Shown here piece by piece: positions 34,051 to 42,690 of a stretch of 64,000 nucleotides of DNA. The stretch spans positions 374,606 through 438,605 of the forward strand of contig JBFWMA010000002.1 of assembly GCA_050251875.1 (NCBI GenBank), in the 5' to 3' direction. How positions within the stretch are numbered: position 1 is the stretch's first letter; each line of letters opens with the position of its first letter. The notes under the pieces were generated by a model. The model saw only the letters and a list, made by a program, of their open reading frames with translations. It made no database searches and was not told the origin of the DNA. The translations under genes and the position numbers were made by a program. The stretch comes from Deferribacterales bacterium (GTDB lineage Bacteria > Chrysiogenota > Deferribacteres > Deferribacterales > Geovibrionaceae).

Positions 34051-34105
34051 CGATATGTTCTGTTATATATAACGTAAAAAGCGTTATATAATATTCTATA
34101 TATCG
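34051..34105. promoter_or_regulatory. Two tandem ModE-type operators upstream of modA
   Basis: CGATATGTT-N6-TATATAACG (34051-34074) and CGTTATATA-N6-TATATATCG (34082-34105); TTGACA at 34043-48. Confidence 0.8.
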
Positions 34106-34119
34106 AAAAAGGAGATAAT

Positions 34120-34833
34120 ATGAAAAAGCTATTACTGATGATGCTTGTTCTGGCGGTGGCTGTATCAGCATACGCCGAAGGTCTTCGTGTGGCTGCCGGA
34201 GCCGGCTACAAAAACCTTGTGGAAGACTGGGCTAACCTGTATGAATCAAAAACAGGCAAGAAGATGGAAAGAATGTACGGCAACATGGGACAGGTAGCGG
34301 CACAAGTAAAACTGGGCGGCGGCATATGCGCTGTTATCGGTGAGGAAGGCTTCCTGAAAACATCCGGTGTGAACTATGCCTCCTACACTCCCATCGGCAA
34401 AGGTATCCTGGTTCTGGTTACCAGAAAAGGACTCACAATCACAGATCCCAAAGAGCTTATAAAACCTGAGTTCGGCAAAATCGCCATCCCCGACACAGAA
34501 AAAGCTATTTACGGTAAAGCCGGACTTCAGCTTATCAACGGGCTGGGCATAGCCGCTGAGCTTTCACCCAGACTGATTCCCGCCGGAACAGTCCCCCGCT
34601 CCGGTTCATACGCTCTCACAGGCGAGGCTGACGCCGCTTTTATCAACATCACTTTCGCTAACAAGAATAAAGAAAACTTCGGCTCAGTGCTTGTTATAGA
34701 AAAAGGCTACAACCCTCTGGACATCACAGCCGCTGTTCTGCCCGACTGTGTTGACAACGAAGATTTAAAAACTTTCCTCGGAATGCTCGGCACTCCCGAA
34801 GTGAAAAAGATAGTAAAACAAAACGGACTTTAA
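34120..34833 (+). CDS. modA: Molybdate ABC transporter substrate-binding protein
   Basis: Signal peptide, VAAGAG, IAIPD..AIYG motifs; adjacent to modB. Confidence 0.88.
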   Translation: MKKLLLMMLVLAVAVSAYAEGLRVAAGAGYKNLVEDWANLYESKTGKKMERMYGNMGQVAAQVKLGGGICAVIGEEGFLKTSGVNYASYTPIGKGILVLVTRKGLTITDPKELIKPEFGKIAIPDTEKAIYGKAGLQLINGLGIAAELSPRLIPAGTVPRSGSYALTGEADAAFINITFANKNKENFGSVLVIEKGYNPLDITAAVLPDCVDNEDLKTFLGMLGTPEVKKIVKQNGL

Positions 34834-34834
34834 A

Positions 34835-35524
34835 ATGACGGATATTCTGAAAGAAATAACAGATGCCGATACCCTGTTCTCTATCTGGTTAACGGCTAAG
34901 ATCTGTTTCTGGGCTTTTCTGCTGCATGCGGTAATAGGCGTACTTCTCGCATGGTATCTCAGCAGCAAAAAAGCCCCTTTCAGAAATCTGATCGACACGC
35001 TGGTAACTTTTCCTCTGATATTTCCGCCTATAGCCACAGGCTTTCTGCTCCTTCTGCTCATAGGACGCTTCGGTATTCTGGGCAGTTTTTTGCAGAAGAG
35101 TCTGGGCACTGAGCTTATTTTCACACAGAAGGCACTCGTGATAGCAGCCTTTACAGCAGGCTTGCCTCTGGTGGTAAAACCTGTTCAGGCAGCGATCTCG
35201 TCATCGGCCATAAGTTTGATCGAGGCATCGCTGACCCTGGGCAAGAGCCGCATAACTACCTTCCTGTTTGTTGTGGTGCCCAATGTGAAAAGAAGCATTC
35301 TGACCGGTCTTACATTGGGGTTGGGGCGGTCACTCGGAGAGGTGGGGATCACTCTGATGATAGGCGGAAATATCATAGGAAAAACTAATACGCTGTCGCT
35401 GGAAGTCTATAATGCTGTTTTTGAAGGAAATTACTTTCGTGCCGGCGCTCTTTGTTCTATACTGCTTACGGTATCGATAATCATTTTCACTCTTTTAAGA
35501 AAAATGGAAGCGGAGAAGATATAA
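34835..35524 (+). CDS. modB: Molybdate ABC transporter permease
   Basis: PLIFPPIATGF.LL, EAS.TLG loop and RSLGEVGIT...GGNI.GKT motifs. Confidence 0.93.
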   Translation: MTDILKEITDADTLFSIWLTAKICFWAFLLHAVIGVLLAWYLSSKKAPFRNLIDTLVTFPLIFPPIATGFLLLLLIGRFGILGSFLQKSLGTELIFTQKALVIAAFTAGLPLVVKPVQAAISSSAISLIEASLTLGKSRITTFLFVVVPNVKRSILTGLTLGLGRSLGEVGITLMIGGNIIGKTNTLSLEVYNAVFEGNYFRAGALCSILLTVSIIIFTLLRKMEAEKI

Positions 35525-36360
35525 TGTTTTTTTCTGAAAATACTGTAGACCAATGGATAGAAGAGGATGTACCCGGATTCGATCTTACCACAGGGCTTCT
35601 GACATTCGACAAGAAATCACTCAATATAAAATTTTCAGCCAGACACGATATGACGCTCAGCGCCGCTGAGGCCGCTGTCAGGGTTCTGACAAAAGCAGGA
35701 TGCGTTGTGAAGAGCTCTATGGAGAGCGGAACGGCAGTTAAGCAGGGAGACCTGATAATAGAGGCTGACGGAGCGCCCAAATGCGTTCACACAGGCTGGA
35801 GAATCGCTCTGAATCTGCTGGAATACTGCTCCGGCATAGCCACACGCACAAACGGGCTGGTGAAAAAAGCCAGAGCCGTGAACGAAAACATAGTGGTCTG
35901 CGGCACCAGAAAATCTTTCCCCGGTACCAGAAGACTGTCACAGCAGGCGCTTCTGTCCGGAGGCGGAATTTCCCACAGGCTGGGGCTGGCTGAAACGGTG
36001 CTGTTCTTCGCCGCTCATTACGACATGGCTGGCGGGCTGGATAAGCTGTTCGCTGACCTGCCCAAGATCAGGCTGAACTGCATAGAGAAAAAAATAGGTA
36101 TTGAGCTGGAAGACCTGAAAGAGATAGAAAAAGCCGCTAAAGCCGGAATAGACACCATACAAACCGATAAAATGACACCGGATCAGGTAAAAGACGCCGT
36201 AAAACTGGTGAAAAACATAAACCCGAATATAAAAGTTGCCGCCGCAGGCGGAATAAACATCGACAACTGCGCTGAATACGCCGCTTCCGGATGCGATATG
36301 CTCGTTACGTCATGGATGTATTTCGGCAAACCTGCCGATGTGAAGGCTTCTATCTCCTAA
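35524..36360 (+). CDS. modD: ModD protein (NadC/QPRTase-like)
   Basis: EEDVP..DLTT, SGIAT.T, TRKSFPG, HRLGL.ET and AAGGI motifs; TAATG coupling to modB. Confidence 0.9.
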   Translation: MFFSENTVDQWIEEDVPGFDLTTGLLTFDKKSLNIKFSARHDMTLSAAEAAVRVLTKAGCVVKSSMESGTAVKQGDLIIEADGAPKCVHTGWRIALNLLEYCSGIATRTNGLVKKARAVNENIVVCGTRKSFPGTRRLSQQALLSGGGISHRLGLAETVLFFAAHYDMAGGLDKLFADLPKIRLNCIEKKIGIELEDLKEIEKAAKAGIDTIQTDKMTPDQVKDAVKLVKNINPNIKVAAAGGINIDNCAEYAASGCDMLVTSWMYFGKPADVKASIS

Positions 36361-37301
36361 GACTGTCCGTTCAGAAATTTCATATCCTCGTCCACGGAGA
36401 TTCCCTTCACGGTGAGGTAGTCTCCCACCATGATACCGCTGGCGCCCGCTCTGAGGCATTTCACGGCGCTGTTCTCCCTGAAGACGATGCTCCTGCCACC
36501 GCACACTCTTATGCTTCTGTCCGGCAGAATGAATCTATAGACTGCGATAATGCGCAGAGCCTCATCCTCTGACAAAACAGCAACACCCTCTTTCGGCGTG
36601 CCTTTGATAGGATTCAGAAAGTTCATGGGGACTGAGTGCACGCCAAGCTCCCGGAGAAGCACGGCAAGCTCATATCTGTGCGCCCATGTCTCGCCAAGCC
36701 CGAAAATTCCGCCGCAGCAGACATAAAGCCCCGCTTTCACCGCGTTTCTGACTGTATCCACATCATCCTGATAACTGTGCGTGGTGCAGATCTCCGGAAA
36801 ATAGCTCTCTGCCACTTCCAGATTATGGTGATAGGCATCCAGCCCAGCCTCTTTCAGCTCAATGAGCATTTCCATGCTCAGACAGCCCACGGAAGCGTCC
36901 GCCTTCAGCCCGTAAGAATTTATTATCCTAAGCCCTTGCTTGATCTTCTGAAATTCATCAGCGTCCGGCACAAGCCCGCTGGTGACGATGCTGAATCTCT
37001 CTACGCCTCTTTTCGCCAGATCTTTGGCGGCGTCCTCTATCTTTTTCAGGTCGATGAAGCCGTATACCGGAGCTCCGGTGTTGAAATGTGACGACTGAGC
37101 GCAGAAGGAGCAGTTTTCACTGCACAGCCCGCTTCTGGCATTTATGATGGCGCATGTCTGGGGCTTTTTGCCCATGTTGCGCAGTTTCAGCTTTTCGGCA
37201 TAGCTCATCAGAAGTTCAAGATCAGTGCCTATGAGCGCCTGAATATCGTCAAATGAGGGCAGTCCGCCCTCTTCCACTTTTTTGAATATATTTTCGATCA
37301 T
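36357..37301 (-). CDS. bioB: Biotin synthase
   Basis: CSENCSFCAQS radical SAM motif, YHHNLE, SVPMNFL and GDYLT. Confidence 0.96.
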   Translation of the reverse strand: MIENIFKKVEEGGLPSFDDIQALIGTDLELLMSYAEKLKLRNMGKKPQTCAIINARSGLCSENCSFCAQSSHFNTGAPVYGFIDLKKIEDAAKDLAKRGVERFSIVTSGLVPDADEFQKIKQGLRIINSYGLKADASVGCLSMEMLIELKEAGLDAYHHNLEVAESYFPEICTTHSYQDDVDTVRNAVKAGLYVCCGGIFGLGETWAHRYELAVLLRELGVHSVPMNFLNPIKGTPKEGVAVLSEDEALRIIAVYRFILPDRSIRVCGGRSIVFRENSAVKCLRAGASGIMVGDYLTVKGISVDEDMKFLNGQS

Positions 37302-37304
37302 GTT

Positions 37305-37976
37305 TTATTCCGAAACGATAATGTATTTTGCGTCAACGTAACCGGTGAAATCGGCGGTTTTGATCTTCAGCCAGTTCACGCCGTCATTGGTGAGTCTGCC
37401 CAGGATGGCTACCTGCTGCCATGAGAGGAGAATCTCCTCCACCTCAGAGTTTCTTGAAGGCGAATGCCACAGAACCACGCCGTCTTTCACAGCGTATCCG
37501 AATCCGGTCTTTGATATGTCAGCGGAATCCGCCGACTTGTATTTTAACTGTTTCTGATTTACGTCATCTATATTTTTCAGTGTTTCTATTCTGGTTGTGC
37601 CGTCATCCTGCTTTGTAACCACTGTTACGGCGGCTCTTTCCGGTTTCTGAGAATCTATTTCGGCTTTCTGCTGCGGGATTGTTTCTGATTCCAGTTTTAC
37701 CACGGAGGCTTTTATGCCGTCCACCATCTCAGCCAGCTTTTTCTGCTGGTCTCTGGCGATATCAACCTCTTTAGACTGTTTGTCAACGCTGTCGTTCATC
37801 ACATCCACGGTGGTTTTGATGTTTATCAGCTCGTTTTTCATCTGATCCGCCACCAGACGTATGGAACGGACATCGTTTCTAATCTGTTCGAGCTGGGTAT
37901 CATAGCTGTCAAATTTTGCTTTGGTAGAGCATGAAAAAAGAAATGAGGCGGATAAGATGATTACTATTTTTTTCAT
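37305..37976 (-). CDS. Lipoprotein with coiled coil and C-terminal SH3-like domain
   Basis: Lipobox LFSC, long heptad region, C-terminal W.KI....GYV...Y pattern. Confidence 0.7.
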   Translation of the reverse strand: MKKIVIILSASFLFSCSTKAKFDSYDTQLEQIRNDVRSIRLVADQMKNELINIKTTVDVMNDSVDKQSKEVDIARDQQKKLAEMVDGIKASVVKLESETIPQQKAEIDSQKPERAAVTVVTKQDDGTTRIETLKNIDDVNQKQLKYKSADSADISKTGFGYAVKDGVVLWHSPSRNSEVEEILLSWQQVAILGRLTNDGVNWLKIKTADFTGYVDAKYIIVSE

Positions 37977-37983
37977 TTATAAG

Positions 37984-39339
37984 TTACTTACATGTTCCTG
38001 ATTCAGTTACCTCAATAAATTTGGCATACATGAATCCGTGGGCGCCGTTATATTCGCACTCCCACCATTCTTTGTTTTCTGTCATTTTTATCAGATCTAT
38101 TCTCGCCATGTAGGGAGCGTTTGTCAGGCTCTCTGATGTGACTGAAGGTTTTGATCTCATCTTAAGACCGCTGGCGGTAGTTATACATCCATATTTAGCC
38201 TTCACAGGCTCTGGTTTTGCCGCAGGCACAGGTTTTTCAGCCACAGGAGGCACAACGACGGGCGCCACAGGCTGAGGTTTCACAGGCTCTGCCGCAGGCT
38301 TGACCGGGACAGCAACTGGTTCTGCGGGGGCTGTTTCCTGAGCTGGAGTTTCTATGACAGCCGGAGTGTCGGGCTGTGCAGGCGTCTCCACCGGAGAAAC
38401 AATCTCTGAAGGCACGTCATTCTTGGCTGTGATGGTTTTGCCACTCGGCTTCATATTCATTAACACATATCCGCCGTATATGGAGATAAAAATGATAAGG
38501 ACAGTCACAGGAAGAGCGTATGTGATGCTTCTCTTTCTGCTGACGCCGTAAAGGTTGGCAGCAGCCATTTTTACATGGTTAGGCGCCACTCGTGACGATT
38601 TCTTTTCGTTCGCTATCTCTATCGCCTTCTGAGCGACTCTGTTGATCTCCGAGGGGATGCCTTTGGAGTAGTGATATATCTCTATGAACGCAGGTTTTCT
38701 GAATATAGGAAAATCTTCGCCCAGCGCTTTTTTGATTCTGTGCTCAACATATTCCGCAGTGTCTTTCATGCTCAGCGCCGCCAGTTCCACAGTGAAGGTG
38801 AATTTTGGTCCGAGCCTGCTGCTGATGTTTTTCATTTTGTCGTGCATGTCGGGACTGCCGCAGAGAATGACCTGAACCAGCTTGCACTTTTCTATCTCTA
38901 TCTCCATGAAGCTGTTGAGAAGCTCCAGACTGCCGTCAGAGATATTTTCGGCGTCATCGATGATAATCAGGTTGTTCATGCCGTCTTTGTATCCGCCAAC
39001 GAAATAATCCATGAGCATCCCGAAGGAAGACTGGGTGTCGCAGGAAGCGCAGTCCAGCCCGAAACCGGAGCATATCTCGGTGATGAGCTTTTCCGGGTCT
39101 TTGATATTTTCGGTGATTACGGCAACGTTGCACTGTTTCAGATTTTCGGAGAGGACGTTGCACGCCATCGTCTTTCCGGAACCTTTGAGACCGGTGAGCA
39201 GCATGAATCCCTTGCGGCTGTTGATGCCGTATTCGAGCAGACTGATAGCCTTGTCGTGGGATATAGAGGAAAAAAAGTATTTGTTATCAGGGTAAACGCT
39301 GAACGGTTCAGCTTTAAACCCGAAAAGATCTCTGCTCAT
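37984..39339 (-). CDS. ExeA/GspA-like AAA ATPase with TM, Pro-rich linker and SH3b-like domain
   Basis: FGFKAEPFS..PD, GLKGSGKT, IIDDA, YVEHR, S.GIP..IN; C-terminal GLKMRSKPS...WW....GFM. Confidence 0.85.
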   Translation of the reverse strand: MSRDLFGFKAEPFSVYPDNKYFFSSISHDKAISLLEYGINSRKGFMLLTGLKGSGKTMACNVLSENLKQCNVAVITENIKDPEKLITEICSGFGLDCASCDTQSSFGMLMDYFVGGYKDGMNNLIIIDDAENISDGSLELLNSFMEIEIEKCKLVQVILCGSPDMHDKMKNISSRLGPKFTFTVELAALSMKDTAEYVEHRIKKALGEDFPIFRKPAFIEIYHYSKGIPSEINRVAQKAIEIANEKKSSRVAPNHVKMAAANLYGVSRKRSITYALPVTVLIIFISIYGGYVLMNMKPSGKTITAKNDVPSEIVSPVETPAQPDTPAVIETPAQETAPAEPVAVPVKPAAEPVKPQPVAPVVVPPVAEKPVPAAKPEPVKAKYGCITTASGLKMRSKPSVTSESLTNAPYMARIDLIKMTENKEWWECEYNGAHGFMYAKFIEVTESGTCK

Positions 39340-39472
39340 GTAGCCTCAATTTTATTAATATCATGAGTATTCTATAATAATATCTATAAAATGTCTACTA
39401 AGTGTTATGATTTGTTGCGCAATAGCGTTCTGCCAGCGCTTTTAAGGTAGTTATGAAATGACAGCGGGCAAT

Positions 39473-39505
39473 AAAAAAGGTTCTTAGCTTTCGGCCAAGA
39501 ACCTT
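39473..39505 (-). terminator. Intrinsic terminator of hup
   Basis: Minus strand reads AAGGTTCTTGGC-CGAAA-GCTAAGAACCTT-TTTT. Confidence 0.8.
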
Positions 39506-39538
39506 CTTTAAAAACTAAAACTATTTCAAATATTCTTC

Positions 39539-39811
39539 TTAGCCGATTGAATCTTTGAAAAGCTTGCCGGCTGTAAATTTAGGAACTCTTTTTGAGGGAA
39601 TAGTCATTTCTTTTCCACTCTGAGGGTTTCTGCCTTTACGCTCTTTTCTCTCAGATACTGAGAATGTACCAAAGCCGACAAGGGTTACTTTGTCATTTGC
39701 TTTAAGCGCTTCTACAGTTGCTTCTTCGAAAGCTTTGAGAGCTTTTTCAGCATCGGATTTTTTGAGACCTGACATTTCTGAGATCTTCTCAATAAGCTCT
39801 TTCTTGTTCAC
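39539..39811 (-). CDS. hup: DNA-binding protein HU
   Basis: MNKKELI...GFGTF...GRNPQSG...PKF.AGK; GTG start with GGAGG SD. Confidence 0.97.
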   Translation of the reverse strand: MNKKELIEKISEMSGLKKSDAEKALKAFEEATVEALKANDKVTLVGFGTFSVSERKERKGRNPQSGKEMTIPSKRVPKFTAGKLFKDSIG

Positions 39812-40037
39812 TACAACCTCCTAACTCAAGAAGTTAAAATTATATACACGCAAGAAGCCCTAAAATCAAGCAAATATTGAAGGGGTCTGCAAAAAAAACT
39901 CACAATTATTAATAAGTAATAAAAACATAGTAACACTGAAACTATAATTATTATTATTTAGAGAGCTTTTGTTCATTTGAAAATTAAACAGAGAATCGCA
40001 TTAGTCCTTTCATATCAATGAAAAGACCCGTTAAACA

Positions 40038-40072
40038 AAAAATCCCCCGCAAACCTAAGCCAGCGGGGGAAT
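40038..40072 (-). terminator. Intrinsic terminator of asd
   Basis: Minus strand reads TCCCCCGC...GCGGGGGA-TTTTTT. Confidence 0.75.
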
Positions 40073-40100
40073 TTTACCATTCATAATTCTTATGAAAAAA

Positions 40101-41120
40101 TTATTTTATCAGCAGTTCGGCTATCTGGACGGCGTTTGTCGCCGCGCCTTTACGAAGCTGGTCGCCGACAACCCAGAAAGTCAGACAGTTGTCACGGGCG
40201 ATATCTTTTCTGATACGTCCCACATAACAGTCGTCTCCGCCAGCCACAAAGAGAGGCATGGGATATTCGCCGTTTGCGGGGTTATCTTTCAGCACCAGAC
40301 CGGGAGCCTTAGCGAAGAGCTCTCTTGCCTTCTCCACAGATATCTCTTTCTCTGTCTCTATTGTGACAGACTCAGAGTGCGCGGAAAGTGTGGGAACACG
40401 CACGCATGTGGCGCTCACCTTTATATTGTCATCGTGGAGCATCTTTCTTGTTTCGTTGAACATCTTCATCTCTTCTTTTGTATATCCGTTGTCAGTGAAA
40501 GAATCCACATGAGGGATAACGTTGAAGAGGATCTGCTGAACGAATTTTTCTACCTTAATGGCATCGCCTTTCGCCCATGCTCTTGTCTGGTTCATCAGCT
40601 CTTCCATAGCCTGCGCTCCGGCGCCGGATGTGGACTGGTATGATGAAACGATGACGTTCTTAATTTTAGAGTAATCATACAGAGGCTTCAGAGCCACCAG
40701 CATGATGATGGTAGTACAGTTAGGGTTAGCTATTATACCGTTATGCTTGAAAGCGTCTTCGGGGTTTACCTCGGGCACAACCAGAGGAACGTCTTTATCC
40801 ATGCGGTATGCGGAAGAGTTGTCCACAACCACAGCCCCTGCCTTAACAGCGCTGGGAGCGAACTCAAGGCTTCTGCCGCCGCCTGCGGAAAACAGAGCGA
40901 TATCCACGCCTTCGAAGCAGTCATGCGTCAGTTCTTCAACTTTATATGTTTTGCCCTTGAACGTAATCTCTTTGCCCACGGAGCGTTTGGAAGCCAGGAG
41001 CTTCAGCTCTGCGATAGGAAAGTTTCTCTCTTCAAGTATCTGTAAAAATGTCTCGCCCACTGCGCCTGTCGCGCCGGCGATCGCTACGTTATAAGCGGCT
41101 TTTTTCTTTAATTCTGCCAC
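40101..41120 (-). CDS. asd: Aspartate-semialdehyde dehydrogenase
   Basis: GATGAVG, NPNCTT, YQSTSGAG, CVRVP and LRKGAATNAVQ motifs. Start re-called at GTG 41120 behind GAGG. Confidence 0.97.
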   Translation of the reverse strand: MAELKKKAAYNVAIAGATGAVGETFLQILEERNFPIAELKLLASKRSVGKEITFKGKTYKVEELTHDCFEGVDIALFSAGGGRSLEFAPSAVKAGAVVVDNSSAYRMDKDVPLVVPEVNPEDAFKHNGIIANPNCTTIIMLVALKPLYDYSKIKNVIVSSYQSTSGAGAQAMEELMNQTRAWAKGDAIKVEKFVQQILFNVIPHVDSFTDNGYTKEEMKMFNETRKMLHDDNIKVSATCVRVPTLSAHSESVTIETEKEISVEKARELFAKAPGLVLKDNPANGEYPMPLFVAGGDDCYVGRIRKDIARDNCLTFWVVGDQLRKGAATNAVQIAELLIK

Positions 41121-41269
41121 GCTTGCACCTCTCATACAAAGTTGATGCATACAAATATGACAACAACGGCACCAATGTCAATATTTATTACCTTTTCAGA
41201 CGTTAAAAAATAATAATTTTCACTAATCCGTTGCAAAAACATAATAGTGTATGCTAACTCATAGATGTC

Positions 41270-41806
41270 ATGGAAAAGATAATATTCAGCATCCCGCTGA
41301 AAAACGGAAAAACAGCAAAGATTTATCAGGGCGCTTTCGGCAGCGGCGAGCATGTCACCACGAAAGAGTGCATCAGGCTCATGGAAAACATGGAGCTGAC
41401 CAATAAAACTATGCTGGACGTTGGCTGCGGGACGGGGATTCTGGGCATCTGCGCATCGCTTCTGGGGGTCGGGTCTGTGACAGGATATGATGTGTCATAT
41501 GACGCGTGCAGAACGGCGAAAGAATGCAACGAACTGAACAGCATCGGGAACAATCATATTATATGCGGTTTCGAAACCGCTATAAAAGGCAGATTTGATA
41601 TTATCTTCGCCAATATATATCTGGACATACTGACGTCCATATCCGATTTTATATATGGCTCGCTGAACGAAGGCGGTCATCTGGTGGTTTCCGGCGTTCC
41701 CATTGAGGAACATTACGACATCAGAAAGCATTATATGAAATATGGTCTCGAAGTTCTTGACTTGAGAATCCACGAAGACTATTGTACTGTTCTTTTTAGG
41801 AAATAA
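41270..41806 (+). CDS. PrmA-like class I SAM methyltransferase (catalytic domain only)
   Basis: AFGSGEHVTT, LDVGCGTGIL, FDIIFANI and LVVSG motifs; lacks the N-terminal part of full-length PrmA. Confidence 0.82.
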   Translation: MEKIIFSIPLKNGKTAKIYQGAFGSGEHVTTKECIRLMENMELTNKTMLDVGCGTGILGICASLLGVGSVTGYDVSYDACRTAKECNELNSIGNNHIICGFETAIKGRFDIIFANIYLDILTSISDFIYGSLNEGGHLVVSGVPIEEHYDIRKHYMKYGLEVLDLRIHEDYCTVLFRK

Positions 41807-41835
41807 GAGCATTCCGGCTCTTAATCAATAAACTG

Positions 41836-41909
41836 GGGCGATTAGCTCATTTGGATAGAGTGCAGGCCTCCGAAGCCTGAGGTAGCGGGTTCGAATCCCG
41901 CATCGCCCG
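41836..41909 (+). tRNA. tRNA-Arg(CCG)
   Basis: Acceptor stem GGGCGAT/ATCGCCC, anticodon arm CAGGC-CTCCGAA-GCCTG, T loop GTTCGAATC; CCA not encoded. Confidence 0.96.
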
Positions 41910-41986
41910 TATATACATCAATAAGTTGCGCTATTTTTGCAGTGTGCCAAATTTCCATTCAACACAGGACACATCTCAGAAAGTTC

Positions 41987-42271
41987 TTATTTTATAGCTA
42001 TTTTGAGTTCACTACCGACAGCCTGAGCATACTTTAAAAGTGTCTGGATGCTTGGTGAGTTCTTAGAATTAACACTCTCAAGCCTACAAACAGCACTCTT
42101 TGTTGTACCCATGCGCTGTGCGACCTCTTCCTGTGTCAGCCCTGCTTTCATTCTAGCATTTATTAACTGTCCCCTAAGCTCGTACTCAGGAGCAAGTCTG
42201 TCGTATTCTGATTTTACTTCTGGCTTAGAAAGTGCTTTCTGCTTGAATTCACTAAAATTAACTCTGGACAT
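41987..42271 (-). CDS. HigA-like XRE/HTH antitoxin
   Basis: ARMKAGLTQEEVAQRMGTTKSAVCRLES...PSIQTL..YA; lies downstream of and overlaps a RelE-fold toxin. Confidence 0.88.
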   Translation of the reverse strand: MSRVNFSEFKQKALSKPEVKSEYDRLAPEYELRGQLINARMKAGLTQEEVAQRMGTTKSAVCRLESVNSKNSPSIQTLLKYAQAVGSELKIAIK

Positions 42272-42596
42272 CGTTTACCTCCTTCATACGTTCTAAGGCT
42301 ATCTTTATTTCTTTCTGCGGTGTTTTCTCAGTTTTCTTAACAAAACTATGCAGGATTATTATTTTTCTACCAACAGTGTAACAGTACAAAGAACGCCCTA
42401 TTCCCGATGCGGCTTTTGCTCTTATCTCAAAAAGCCCTTTATGCCCTGTCATCGGCTTTGTATAATGCCGACCAACACCTATTCCATGTTCCTGAATCAA
42501 CTCCATAACATGAAGCAAATCAGCAAGAATATCATGAGGAAGGTCTAACGTTTCCTGTTCGACTGTTTCATTGAGAAATTCGATTTCAAACTTCAT
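42258..42596 (-). CDS. HigB-like (RelE/ParE superfamily, Gp49/DUF891-type) toxin
   Basis: GLFEIR...GIGR.LY...IIILHSFVKKTEKTP.KEI.IA.ERMKE; toxin-first gene order. Confidence 0.88.
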   Translation of the reverse strand: MKFEIEFLNETVEQETLDLPHDILADLLHVMELIQEHGIGVGRHYTKPMTGHKGLFEIRAKAASGIGRSLYCYTVGRKIIILHSFVKKTEKTPQKEIKIALERMKEVNDVQS

Positions 42597-42602
42597 AAAT
42601 CT

Positions 42603-42630
42603 AAGTTAGCATATTTGATAACTTTCGCAA
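42603..42630 (-). promoter_or_regulatory. Promoter/operator of the higBA-like module
   Basis: Imperfect palindrome AAGTTAGCATATTTGATAACTT (42603-42624). Minus strand: TTGCGA, 16-nt spacer, TAACTT, 6 nt, ATG; no SD. Confidence 0.6.
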
Positions 42631-42657
42631 GACAAAAACTCTGTAATATGTATAGTT

Positions 42658-42679
42658 GTTTGAATCCAGCATCGCCCGT
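42658..42679 (+). repeat. Degenerate direct repeat of the tRNA-Arg 3' end (att-like)
   Basis: GTTTGAATCCAGCATCGCCCGT vs tRNA 41889-41910 GTTCGAATCCCGCATCGCCCGT (20/22 identical). Confidence 0.85.
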
Positions 42680-42690
42680 TAATTTGCTAT

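Noticed and set aside
38200..38400. Repetitive Pro/Ala/Val-coding stretch (similar one in tonB near 27770-27830)
   Set aside because: Low-complexity linkers within proteins, not independent DNA repeats.
39823..39830. HAIR half-site (ACTCAAG) upstream of hup
   Set aside because: No matching second arm at 7-nt spacing.
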